Assembly (NCBI GenBank): GCA_000934665.2
Contig: JYFJ02002576.1
Span: 1 to 64,000, forward strand
Direction: 5' to 3'
Origin: Catajapyx aquilonaris
Taxonomy: Eukaryota
DNA length: 64,000 bases
Both the position numbers and the translations under genes were made by a program. Each line of letters begins with the position of its first letter. The stretch's first letter is position 1. Below the pieces are notes generated by a model. That model did no database searches. It saw only the letters and a program-made list of their open reading frames with translations, and was not told the DNA's origin. Of this stretch, positions 13,576 to 25,001 are shown one piece after another.

Positions 13576-14323
13576 TTATCTTCGTATTGAAAGCGAAATT
13601 CACCTGGGAGTTTGTATTGGTATATTGCCAGGAGAAAATGGAACACTCTGTACTTGCTATTCATTCAAAACGTTCATTGCATGGAGTACACACGGTGATC
13701 CAAAAAATACTTCTCAGACTAATGCGGCTATTTGCTGTCATACGTAATCTAATATTAGATAATAATTTTGATAACCATTAAAAGTAACTGTTTAAAGTAA
13801 TCAGGTTAGTGCCAACAGATATTCATATTAGTCGCACAAGTATTTAAATTGATTGACCTATCGATCAGGAACATATTTTCCCTTAAACATTTCACTTGTG
13901 TAATCAATGCTTATAATTTTTCTGGGATTTTTTTTTCTTCGAATATTCTTGTAAGAATGCACATTTATGAAAGGAAAATGGGATAGCCTAAACGTGACGA
14001 TTGATGACAGGAGTATGAGAAGCCTTGATGACATCACATTCTGTCATTTACTGCTCTAGTAATTTTTATGGACAGCTTTTAACTAGTAATAATGGTGTTT
14101 TTGTGACGAGGGAAAGTAGAAAATGCGTCCTTTTTGACACTGTCATTCGCAGTCTCTTAAAAGTACCTTTAATATTTAATTTCAACACGAATTTCCCTAC
14201 CCTAAATTATGCATTACGTGCATTCCCTCGGCACTGAAAATGATTGTGTTACCCCTAAAAATTAGACACATACTGTATGCAGTGCAGAAACAAATATCTG
14301 ACGTTAAAAACTCTCGCCAACAG

Positions 14324-14457
14324 ACTTGCCAACAGACGGTCCCGAGATCACAGGAGAGAAAAAAGAGTACGACGTGGGCGACACGTTGGATGTCAACTGC
14401 ACGTCGGGGAGGTCATACCCGCCGGCGAAATTGTCCTGGTACATCAACGACTACCCG
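14324..14457 (+). CDS. beat: Beat-like gene, internal exon B (N-terminal half of Ig domain 2)
   Basis: Acceptor ctctcgccaacAG|14324 and donor 14457|GTGAGT. The phase 1 join with exon A gives (H)LPTDGPEITGEKKEYDVGDTLDVNCTSGRSYPPAKLSWYINDYP, with Beat motifs LPxxxPxI, YxxGD, NCTS and LxWxIN. Confidence 0.92.
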
Positions 14458-17139
14458 GTGAGTATCATATTACCCGGTCCTTGGAAAGTCCCTTCCTCTG
14501 CGCCAGGCAGCTGAATGGTTGTTTTATGAGCGGATCTGGCCAGGGGGTGTGCTAAGACTAACCCAAACCTACAATAGGTCATCACTTTTTTTTCCCTTTA
14601 CCCAGCCTGGCTCAACTTGGTAGCGGCCTCAGGTTGGAAGCAGATTACTTAGACAAATGGTGTGGGTGGATCCGCTAATTAGTACCCATTGTTTGTGAGT
14701 TTATCTAGGTAGAAAATGTGTCTCACTGAGTTTCAGACGCGTTAAAACATTTCCAGCTCTTCCTCAGCATGAATCGGTGGTTTGTAACAAAAGCTGATCT
14801 CATATTATTAAACATAAATTATTAAAATAATAATATATTTTTATTTTTATTAATGATAATCATTATTGTCCCAATTATAATCACATACTGTCTGCTTCCA
14901 GTTTTCTTTGATGTCTCGAGTAGAGTGAGAGGAGGTGCTCTTGTTATTTCGTGTCATGCAGTAAGATCAAAGGGCAGCATTGTTTCAGTAATATTATGCA
15001 GTATTTTTTCGACGTGCTTAACTTTACTTAGAGTCGAGATGCCGCTTGTAGCAAGAGATATTAACAAAAAAAAAAATCCGCGCGTTATTTTCAAGCACAA
15101 GCTTGGCATCTCGCCTCTTCCACAGGAGCCAAACCTAATTTTTTGGCATATTTTTCTCCGGCGCAGATTTACAACAGCAGTTTTCTGAACCCATTCAGTT
15201 TCCCTAGAAGGCCGAGTTTGTATTATCTGGCTTCGCTCTTGGGAAATAAACCGCACGTAGGCGTAATAAAAAGGGGAAAAACAGATATCACACAAGGTTC
15301 CATATTCTAGTAAAATTGTCAATGCGAGACCGCAGTGGTAACCTCATTTCGTTTCACGTGTCAAAAAAGGCCTAGCAGAAACAGCTTATCCCATGCGTGT
15401 ACTATCACACCAGAAAATGTCAGCAACAAGGTGTTCACGAAGTTCCTTTACCTTCCGCTCGCATTGCTAGTGTATTCGCGGATATAAAAAAATCGCCAAG
15501 AATGATGGCAATTTTAGCCACAAGTGCAGCAAATGAAAATCCTGTTGCTAACATTTTTCGAGTGATAGTACGAGGACTATAGGTCTAATAGTCGAAGGAG
15601 GGGGAATTACAAAACTGCGCTGCTCTCACCTACAATTGCATATTTTTCCCACTTGGGATAGCAATGTCGGCCAAATTTGCATCGCATTTCGGAACATTTC
15701 GTGCGTACTAAAGCTCGCAAGCGTAACCGGATACTTTGCATAATTATATGCATGCATAGTTATGTTAGTGCAAAAAATTTCATACCGAATAGTTACAACC
15801 ATCAATCCTCCTGGCTGTGATAGAGTTCGCACAAGACTCCTTTCAGCGGCGCCACAATTCCAAATTGCGAATTTCAAACGGATACTCTGGCCCGCACCAC
15901 CACCAGTCACGTATCATAAATGAGAGCAGTAAATGTAGGGGAGCTGCAAAAAAAAAAAAAAAAGAAGAGAGAACTGGAAATGAAATGAAAGCGAGAAATG
16001 TGAGGCCAAAAACGTTCTGAGGACTCCGAATTCATCTGAAGCAGTGGGATTGATGCCTCATCATACACGGCTGGCGTAGCTCAGCACTCTGGGTTCAAAC
16101 TGCATAAAACACTATAGTCTCATCTCCAGACAGGCGAATCCACTACTGTGTCATCATTTTAATGGCCACCATCTGGAATCACCCCTTTTTTCCATGAATT
16201 TCATTTAATTCGGATGTGAAGTCACCTCCTGAGGAGGTCAGCCGATGCTCATCAGACATGGGAAAATATACGCGGGACGAGCTGAACCGCACGTATGCAG
16301 ATTGAACATCCAATTAATGACACAGAAAGCTTAGCTTATCCCTGTCGGTTTTAGTTGGCATATTCAAGGGACGTGCTGATACCACGAAACTGGTCTCGCT
16401 TTGACTGCCGCCTGTTAAACATTGCTGACACAGGGCAAAAATGGCCGGATGAAAATTTCCCACTGGTTGGCCAAGCTCCCCAGAGTTGTTATACTTCTAA
16501 GACCATCCCTGGAGGGATCACCTGTCACTCCTGGCTTGTTAGACGAGCATGCAGGACATCAAGGTGTACTCAAAAATTCATCACTGCTGCTGCTCTTCTA
16601 CAGGTGCTGCAGCCTTAAGATCAGTGTAGCTTAAGGAGGGCAATTTGGATTATTGCCACCTTGGGACCGGTTAGGTTTACGCAAGAGCAGTGAATACACG
16701 ACCACAATATTCGTTTTAAATTTTAATTAAGGCAAGGTTAATATCGTGGGCATACAAGAAAAGTCCAATTTTGTCGAGTTGAAGTTATTTTCTGCTCTAT
16801 CGCCTGGTTCATTTTCATCCTAATGATTCATAAGGAGCCAGGAAGCCAGGATATTTAGTCATCACTACCATAAAACCCAGTGAAAGGCCAAGTCTTTGCC
16901 TTCGATTATCTCAAAACTGGTTTTTTAGACAGTTGATTGTCTCTGCTGTATGGTATCATGTAAAAGTAGCTACTGTAAATGCCACAAGAAAATAATGGCA
17001 CATTATAGCCTAGTCATTTGGGGAAAATGTGCTGATTTTGTTGCAATAGTACTTTTTTGCTGTTTACCCCGGTAGGCCATCTAAGCCTTTTTAGGGGGGG
17101 GGGGGTAGAATACCACCATTTCACTCCATTTTTCTATAT

Positions 17140-17390
17140 TAACTTCATTCTCCGGTGCAAGGAGTCAAAGATGTAAGGTAGGGATATGGATTTTTGGGGA
17201 GGGAACATAGGTGCAAGTGAAATGTCGGTAAAGGGGTCATGTGCTGTTCCCCAGGAGGTTAGGTTGCCAGACACCTCCAAGGTGCAGGTGAGAGACCCTC
17301 CTGACGCAGGTGAAAGGAAGTTCCCCAGGCGGGGATCGAACCTGGGGCATTTCACCCAGAAAGCCGAGACGTTACCATCTCGGCCTGCAA
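17140..17390 (-). mobile_element. tRNA-derived SINE, copy 1
   Basis: Minus-strand head GCCGAGATGGTaacgtctcggctttctgggtgaaatgccccaGGTTCGATCCCcgcc (A and B boxes). The body aligns with 49640-49900 (shared ccccaggaggttaggttgccagacacc..aaggtgcaggt..gagaccctcc). Confidence 0.85.
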
Positions 17391-18039
17391 ATAGTATACT
17401 TTACCGTGTTTTAAACCAGGATCCCAGCACTGTTTGGAGAGACCGTAAAGGAAGAAGTCGCTGGAATTTTTGTTGCTTGTGAAGGTACTTTTTGTTTGGT
17501 ACGTTTTGTTTCATAGCATAGTGGCAATATAATATAGTCTTGCTAAAAAGCCAAATTATGTTGAATAGAAAATTCGGATACATTTGAGCGTTAAATTACT
17601 TGCGGCGGAACGTTTAATTGCGCGAGTTATGAAAATTACTCGATTTCATTAATCATGTGAATGCTAGTGAGAAAGCTAATTTCCATTACCGATTATTTTG
17701 TCGTGTAATAGCGAGCACCTGAAGCACCCTTAACAGTGCTGACAGCTGAACAATAAAACTACAGTATCGTATACTCGTTCAAGTTAGAAAATTAACACAA
17801 CTTTTGCATCAAATTTCATTATGCAAATGAGCATTAAACCTTCGCATATACGTTGAATACCTACTTCCCCCCAACTATCCATCACTTCCTCTCAGGATTT
17901 TAATTTGAAATTCAACAACGAGGTAAACGCAAAAAAAAAATCATTATTGTCCTGTATTTCAATCTAGTTGGCATACACGTTTGAACCTTCATCTCCCGAT
18001 GGCTACCGTGCCAATCTATCACGCGTATCGTTCGCATCA

Positions 18040-20070
18040 TGGCCGCCCTGACAGCCCTTGCCGGACGATTCGCTAGGGCCATGGCTGGAAATAATCCTGA
18101 GGTAAAAAAAAGTGATAAAAAAAGGTCGAATTCACGTCACACCAGGCCCTGGTCTCAATCCAGCTCGGGCCATGACGCGTCCCTTGGAAATCGACGGCAG
18201 CCACCGAAAAGTGTTTGCCGTCCAGAGACGCCGTCGGCCGTGCGAAACGTCGTTTGATTTGTAGTCAGTTTGGATTCCAGGAGCCAACTCTCCAGCTGCA
18301 GGCCTTTCACCTGCATTTTACTCCTTCCCACACTGATTATTGGGAGCCACCTTGTTACTGTCACATTGTCACCAGCGATACAAGACTGATGGAACTGGAT
18401 GAGTTTATGCGAAAAGACACTGAGAGCGTTAGGGTGCACTGACGCGGAATGAGCAAATAAGATGGGTGCATATCGACGAATGGAAGCAAACATAGGATGC
18501 GAGGCTTTTTCGGGAAAATCTGAGGCAACTGAGGCCATGACGTATTGGGAAAGGAACACAGAAAAGTGAGTGGATAGTCTAACCAGGTTAGTCAGCTGAC
18601 CAGGGCAGGTTAGTCAAATGCTGTCTTCTGTTGACTCACTTTTCTGTCTGGGAGGATAGGAAGGGGGGGGAGGGGGGGGGGGAGTGGAAGGAAACGGGAA
18701 AATCCGCGCGAATACAATGTATGGGCTGTCTACTGTATAACTGTAAGATTGAGCTAGAAGTCTGGACAGAAGTTTAGTTGTGGCAATTATAGAGAGGGGG
18801 AAACTTGGTACTCCCTTTGTGTAATTGGTTCTTGCGGAACTTCTGTGTAGACTTAGACAGAAGAATTCGTGATTCTCCTGTCTCAGGTTCAACCTTCAAA
18901 ACGGAACAAAGTAGCCTACTAGTGTTCCGGCTTGGAGACGGAACATTGTATGAATATTCCAGCCACTATGGGACTTATCTCTCATCATGAAAGGTCATGT
19001 GATATGACCGTTGGATTTTTTCAGTTGTAGTCGGAAACCGAGATGGCAAAAAATGGATCATAAATTCTCGTCTCCAAGATGGAAGGAGAATAATTATATT
19101 ACAGTGTACGGAGAGAACCCCCGAAGGATGTGGTAGATCACATGGGTGCCCCATTACTGGTACGAACCAGATTTCCCAGGATATTGGAAAATTAATCAGT
19201 TACTCTGCCTAAATTCTTTCCCTGCGGTGGGGGACTGGAAGGATTGGAATGAGGAATATCCTCTTTCCAAGTTTTTCAAGTCCATTTATGACGAAACAAC
19301 CCATTGGAAGAAACCCCCAAGGAGAAAGAACTTGTCCTGAGTGTTGCTTTTCGACCTATAACTACGTGGAGTAGTTGCAAAAAATATACATCCCAAGCAA
19401 GTACCACTTGATTGGCCATATAAATGTACCCATTCAATTAGTGATAACTGATAAGACACAGACTGTCAAAGCCACAATTACGTTCCTTGGTTTGCGGCAC
19501 ACGAGACCGATAGTATAATGTTGCGGTCATCCCAAAATAACACATATACACCAACACAAATGGCGTCATAACCGTGAACCAGAGGTACGGGACCCCGCAC
19601 CTGGCGCAAGTGTTGAGGTTTCGGAATATCGTTATGTTACCAGGTTGTTCAGTAACTTCGGTAATTTTTTGCACATGTCCTAAGTTAGGACCTGCGTGAG
19701 TCAGAGTCCTTCTGTACATATGGAGCCGGCGAAGTACATTTGCAACATCTTTTCCAATGCGGATGACTTCTCCTAATAAAATAATAAATAATAAAGCCTC
19801 TGGAGCATTGTTAGAGGACCTTCTCACCGGAACAACCGAGAATTAATTTCAAATTTGATGTCATAATAAGCAGTCCACATACAAAGTGTCGCTGGCTATG
19901 TCAAAACAAAATGGTTCTTTTTATCTGAAGATAATTTCGCTCATTAACGCGAATACCAAAAATGACATTCCCAGCATAAACTGGTCGCCTGATGGCCACG
20001 ACCCACACCATGTCTGATGCAGAAACACCCTGTACTTTCTACAACTACCCCACCCAAGCGGGTGGGCTCG
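18040..20070 (+). mobile_element. Heavily decayed BEL/Pao LTR-retrotransposon internal relic
   Basis: Frameshifted fragments in BEL pol order: LAGRF..GPWLEIIL (cf. LADPxF..IDILLG), PSAVRNVV*FVVS, ELDEFMRK, LYEYSSHYGTYLS, YGENP..GRSHG / YWYEPDF (cf. NPADxxSRG / WWxGPxFL), QMAS*P*TRGTGPRTW, IFCTCPKLGPA. Recognised by eye only. Confidence 0.45.
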
Positions 20071-20330
20071 TTGTAGGAAGGGTGGTAGTTGTTATATTGA
20101 TTGTATATTATAATATTGTGATTATTTTCACTCCCACTTGCATTGTGCCGCCTCCCTCTTTGGCTCCACTGCTAATAGTGGTTTGTAAATCGAGTCGTCT
20201 GCGGAAGTTTTACGAACAAATACTTTTAGTTGTTTCTTCCTATATTTTACTAATTTTTGATTGATGTCATAATAATTTATACAATCCTTGCCTTTTTACG
20301 GACCCCTCTCTGGAACAAGGGACAAACATA

Positions 20331-20363
20331 CAGGGACGGCGCGTGGGGGGGGGGGGGGGGGGN

Positions 20364-20396
<33 letters not shown>

Positions 20397-21986
20397 GAGC
20401 CGAACGACCGCCCCGGGCCCCGCGCAGGGGGTCCTCTTGGGTTTGTAACATGTGTATGCCTACCTTTTTATAGAGGTATCATTGTTATGAAATTAATGTG
20501 TATTTTCGACGTCAATTAACAAGAACCTTAACAAATAAATTTCGAATTTCCAACTGCTAAAATGATACGGAGCCCCTACAAGTTCATATTATCAGAAAAT
20601 GACAGCAAATTTATTTGAAGTCGCGCGGGGGCTCTTCTGCATAATGTGAAATTGTCATTGTGACGCTCTGAGCAATGGTTCGTCCTCCGAGTCAAAGACG
20701 AAGGCCCCCTCTCTGGGCCCCGATATTTGCAGGCGCCCCTCTGTTTGTGCCTTTGATTTTCGCTAAGGCAGCCCTGTGCAATGATGTGTGACCGCAAATA
20801 TCTCACGAATGAAAAATCCAAAATATTCCTGCCAAATGTAATAGGAGACCTTCTTTAAATACGTGTAAGGGTGTAACATATCTCAGAATGGCTACATTCG
20901 CTATAATTCGCTGTTTTTATCGGAGAGCAAACAAGTGTCAATATTTGATGGCCCTGCCAGATGATGCCTAATTGCGAATACTTTGGGAGAAGTAAATGTT
21001 CAATCAAAAAAATTGCATTTTTAACCATCGGTGGTTCTAACATTTTCACTTCGGCCGCTGGCTATATAATCGTGTTATTTACGATCGTTTAATAATTGTA
21101 ATTAAAGTGTCATTCCACTCAAACAACAAGTTTGGCTCTAAAAATCAGGAAAAAAAAATCCTGAATCCGACGGTGCAATTCGTTTTTCGCTACGCGGAAC
21201 GGTAATCCCAGGGCGAGGTGTCAAAGTGTGTCGTCTGCTAATGAGCGGCGCCGCCACGCGGGGAACAGGGGAACTGGAGGGCTGTACCTCTCTGGGATGG
21301 GCCTAAGCGCGCGGGCAGGCGGGAGAAGCCTTCCAGTTCCCAACCTCCCGAGGGCGTCGCTGGTGGACGGCCAGCTTCTAGCGCACTATTTGAATTTCCC
21401 CACTTTGACCCCTCGCCCTGGGATTACCGTTCCGCGTAGTGAAAAACGGATTGCACCTTCGGATTCAGGATTTTTTGCCCGATTTTTAGAGCCAAACTTG
21501 TTTTTTGAGTGGAGCGTCCCTTTAATACAAGAAAACCCAAGGTATCTAACTTGTTTATTTGCGGTGCAAAACTTTCCTCGATTTCAATGTCAGAGCCTGA
21601 GCATTACTTCCAGCACGATAATTAAGTTACGGATTTCCCGAAAATTTCTGGCCTGATCCAGTTAGATTAGGCCATGCAGACCATCAATAAATTCCCGTAT
21701 TCACTATTTGCAATTTACCAATACAGTACATTAATTCGCATCGTTTTACTCTGGCCTCCTCTTCCATCTTCCCCCTCTTCTACCTCCTTCTCCACCTCAA
21801 ATAGACGAGATAACTTGGTTTTGGTTCTGTATTAATAACAATTAAACGACCATAAATCAGTCGATTGTTAAGTCACAACCCGCCGCGAAAATGTTGGAAC
21901 CATTGATAGTTATAAATGCAATTTCATTTGCTTGGACCACTTGACCACTTTACTTTGGGGCCCCGCAACCCTACGCGCCGTCCCTG
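20331..21986. mobile_element. Possible hAT-like non-autonomous element bounded by 14-bp perfect TIRs
   Basis: CAGGGACGGCGCGT at 20331 and ACGCGCCGTCCCTG ending at 21986. GGGCCCC subterminal motifs near both ends. The 8-bp flanks (caaacata / attacatg) match only partly. Confidence 0.45.
21106..21521. mobile_element. Kolobok-like MITE (TTAA target duplication, AG...CT termini, about 120-bp TIRs)
   Basis: TTAA|AGTGTCATTCCACTCAAACAACAAGTTTGGCTCTAAAAATC... mirrors ...GATTTTTAGAGCCAAACTTGTTTTTTGAGTGGAGCGTCCCT|TTAA. Arms extend to about 21227/21401. Confidence 0.85.
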
Positions 21987-22575
21987 ATTACATGCAGTGT
22001 ACTGTACAAGTATATTGTATTGGGGGGCATTTCTGCGAAAGGTTGGCAAAAGAAAGAGCAGGGTACCTGGTGCTTTAGGAGTTTGTGTAAAAAATGTAAA
22101 TAAACGGTATATAAATAATGTGGAAGCATAATCTATTGCAAGACCAGGATAATTAAAAACACAATAGCTTAACGACATGTTTGTACAGTACCTCAATCGG
22201 GTTGTTTGAACTTATGTGTCGAATTCTACATGTAGACTTATCACCCACGCAAAACGTCACATATCGAAAAATTACCTACATTGAGTTCTGCTTATATATT
22301 GCCTTGCCATCCAGACTGCTATCTACTCATGTAATCGTGTTGGCAAACATAGATAACCTTAAACAAGCAAATGTAGTTTTTCCCCCCAAAATATTCATGA
22401 CATGTGATCTATTTATGCAAGCTCATGCGTTCAATTCGATTTAATAAAAAATGGAACACGTAACTGATCTGATCGCAGCTATTTCTCTGATCTAGTATAA
22501 GAGTGAATAATCATCTGAGCAGCACTTAGGTCTCATAACTGGAAATAACATGTTTGGTTCACCTCTTTGCTCCAG

Positions 22576-22680
22576 GTGGAATTAACATCTCTGGTGGAAT
22601 ACGATCCTCAAGTGCACCACAACGGTTTGGTGACATCAACATTGGGTCTACGATTTCCGCTATATGCGCATCACTTCCAG
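22576..22680 (+). CDS. beat: Beat-like gene, internal exon C (middle of Ig domain 2)
   Basis: Acceptor ctctttgctccAG|22576 and donor 22680|GTAAGT; 105 nt, phase 0/0. Translates VELTSLVEYDPQVHHNGLVTSTLGLRFPLYAHHFQ (GLxTSxLGLxF..HF motif). Confidence 0.9.
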
Positions 22681-24261
22681 GTAAGTCTGCCACAAAAACC
22701 ACCGACACCACTACCACCTTTCCAGCACGTTCTATATGCAGCAGATGGAACTGTCGATGTCACCGCTGGCTGTTTATTTACAACACAACTGTGGGCCATG
22801 CATGATGACATGTAATTACATTAGTCGTGCACACAAATACAAATAACTCTCAGTTGCGTCGTTTAATTCCAATCCACGATTGGTATGGTAATCATCGCGT
22901 GCAAAAAGATATGGTGGTCATTATTTTCCACTTTGTGTGGACATAACAAAATACATATTGTGCCGCTGCGTGCCAAACGGGACGTGCGCTGTAAGCCAGG
23001 CTAAATCCGGTTAATTGTTAATAAGACACCTTATTCCCCCCCCCCCCCATTTAATAATAACATTCTGGACATCTCATTAGCAGTAGGTGTACATTTTAAT
23101 TACATAAATGTAGACGGGAGCCTGGGTACCAAAAAAATCTCTTCTAATAAAACTGCCCGTGATTAAGTTCGGTTGCCAAGCAACAGCATCAAACTCGGTT
23201 CATTTATTGCCGAGCTATATACGGATTAAGGATGGCTCACAGGGTATTAGGCGGGTAAATCTTTGGCAAACCCCGAGGAAGTGTATCCTTTAGTCCCGAA
23301 ACATAATTTACAGTGCATCCCAAGAAACCTGCGGCTTCATCCTGGAGCCATTATGTGGTCAAAACAACCCCACTTCCCCTTGTAACTTTTAGAATATATA
23401 CCCGCTGCCTGATAAAGACAGGAATGCAGAGGCAGAAGAGACTATTCGGATTACAGCGCGGTCTCGTCAGTCTTAATTTACTCTGCCTAAACTTGGGAGG
23501 CCAGGAATCGAACAAAATTGATTAAAACAGGCCAGAATGTTTTCAATTAGAAATTCTTTTCCGAACCATACATGCCCGTCACATTTACATAGTTTTCAAC
23601 TTGCCAACTTCTTGATTCCGTTGTTAAGTTTGTTATCTGCTGCCTATGCCATCAGCTTTGTGTGGTTTAGGGTGATACCTCGATCAAGTGGCTTTTACAT
23701 TAAAAATATAATCATGCTAATGCACTGCACGGAGCAATCAAATGTTTATGAGGATTTGGGTATGTATAAAAAATCGAAATATGGCTGCAAGCTATAGTTT
23801 TAACTAACTCACATTACATTTCGAAGCAAAAGTGCTCAAGGTGATTATTTTCACTCGTTAGTGCATGCAGGAAATTGTTGCACGGTTCGTTGTTGTTCGG
23901 CACTATTATTTATTCAAAAGAAAAATACTCGGAACATGAACTAGTGCAGCGGCTTGCAGCCTTTTCTAATCAACGTCACATGCCCTTTTTTGCCCCAAGT
24001 CCCCTTGGGTGCAGGGGAAAGTCACTGTTGACGTATATGGACAACTGGACATTGTAATATGGTGTACGCACATTCCCCTGCTGCCTTCCCCTATAAAAAT
24101 ACATTATTGATAACATGCCGTAGATTAACCTTTGTACTGTATCACTACTCCATGCCGATTGCCCCCAGTACTGCTCCTTCCAAAAGTTTCCCCCACTCAA
24201 ATGCCTTTATATCCCAGCTCACGGACACAAAAGGGCAGTCATATTATGATTGCGAAGCAAG

Positions 24262-24338
<77 letters not shown>
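24262..24338. repeat. (AAT)n microsatellite
   Basis: Directly visible. Confidence 0.98.
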
Positions 24339-24339
<1 letters not shown>

Positions 24340-24853
24340 GATATTACTACGAAGGAACGTAGCAGGCGGAATGTGGGCAGAATTGAAGCTTGGCTCATCC
24401 GGGAAAATCTGCGTAATAAATCTCTGCTGACATGCAAGACTAAAACGATATGCGTCCTGGTACGGAAATCTCATATGGTAGCTGTTACGCTTGTCGGTTG
24501 ATGCCTCTCATAAATTACGTAACCTAGTCAGTGGAGTGGGGGTTAGCCCAACATTCCTGTGCATGAATATGAGTGACGTTATATGTCCCCGACTCTTACG
24601 CCAGACATATCTGATATCCTAGCCTTGAAATTTTGTGCTTAAAATCATAACTATGAGTAAAATCTCCGTCTAGATGTTACTACTCTATAAGATGACTTCT
24701 TAATTCTTATGCATTTGATTGCCCCTCGTACGCTGCGTAATTCCTCCCATAATTACCATCCAATTTTTACCCTAAAACCGACCCCCCTCAATCCAGAAAA
24801 ACAAAAGTTAGCATGTTTCTGATCGCGCTTAATTACATTTCACCCCCCAACAG

Positions 24854-25001
24854 GGAGGAAGCCTGAAGGTAAAATGTGCCGCCACCATCTCAACAGTGTT
24901 CTGGCAAGGAGACCGCGAAAGCGTGGTGGAGAATCAACAGCAGCATCAACAACAACGTCAGCTTGCCCCTCTGATCGACAACAAGGAGGTCATGTTGCTA
25001 G
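24854..25001 (+). CDS. beat: Beat-like gene, internal exon D (end of Ig domain 2 plus Gln-rich stalk)
   Basis: Acceptor tttcaccccccaacAG|24854 and donor 25001|GTAAGC. Translates GGSLKVKCAATISTVFWQGDRESVVENQQQHQQQRQLAPLIDNKEVMLL and supplies the second Cys of Ig2. Phase 0 in, phase 1 out. Confidence 0.88.

Noticed and set aside
14527..14680. Tiny degenerate IR elements (gcggatc..gatccgc; also about 5308-5404, 27683-27812 and 36570-36640)
   Set aside because: Probably old MITEs, but the TIRs are too short or decayed and have no TSD to define them.
16355..16630. Possible Tc1-like transposase remnant (QKWPDENFP..); similar hint at 61357-61617 (QPLNSPD..YVYSKV)
   Set aside because: Too degenerate, with only one or two partial motifs each.
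24132..24501. Poly-N/poly-I/poly-Y ORFs (also 52103-52468)
   Set aside because: Translations of (AAT)n/(TAT)n microsatellites.
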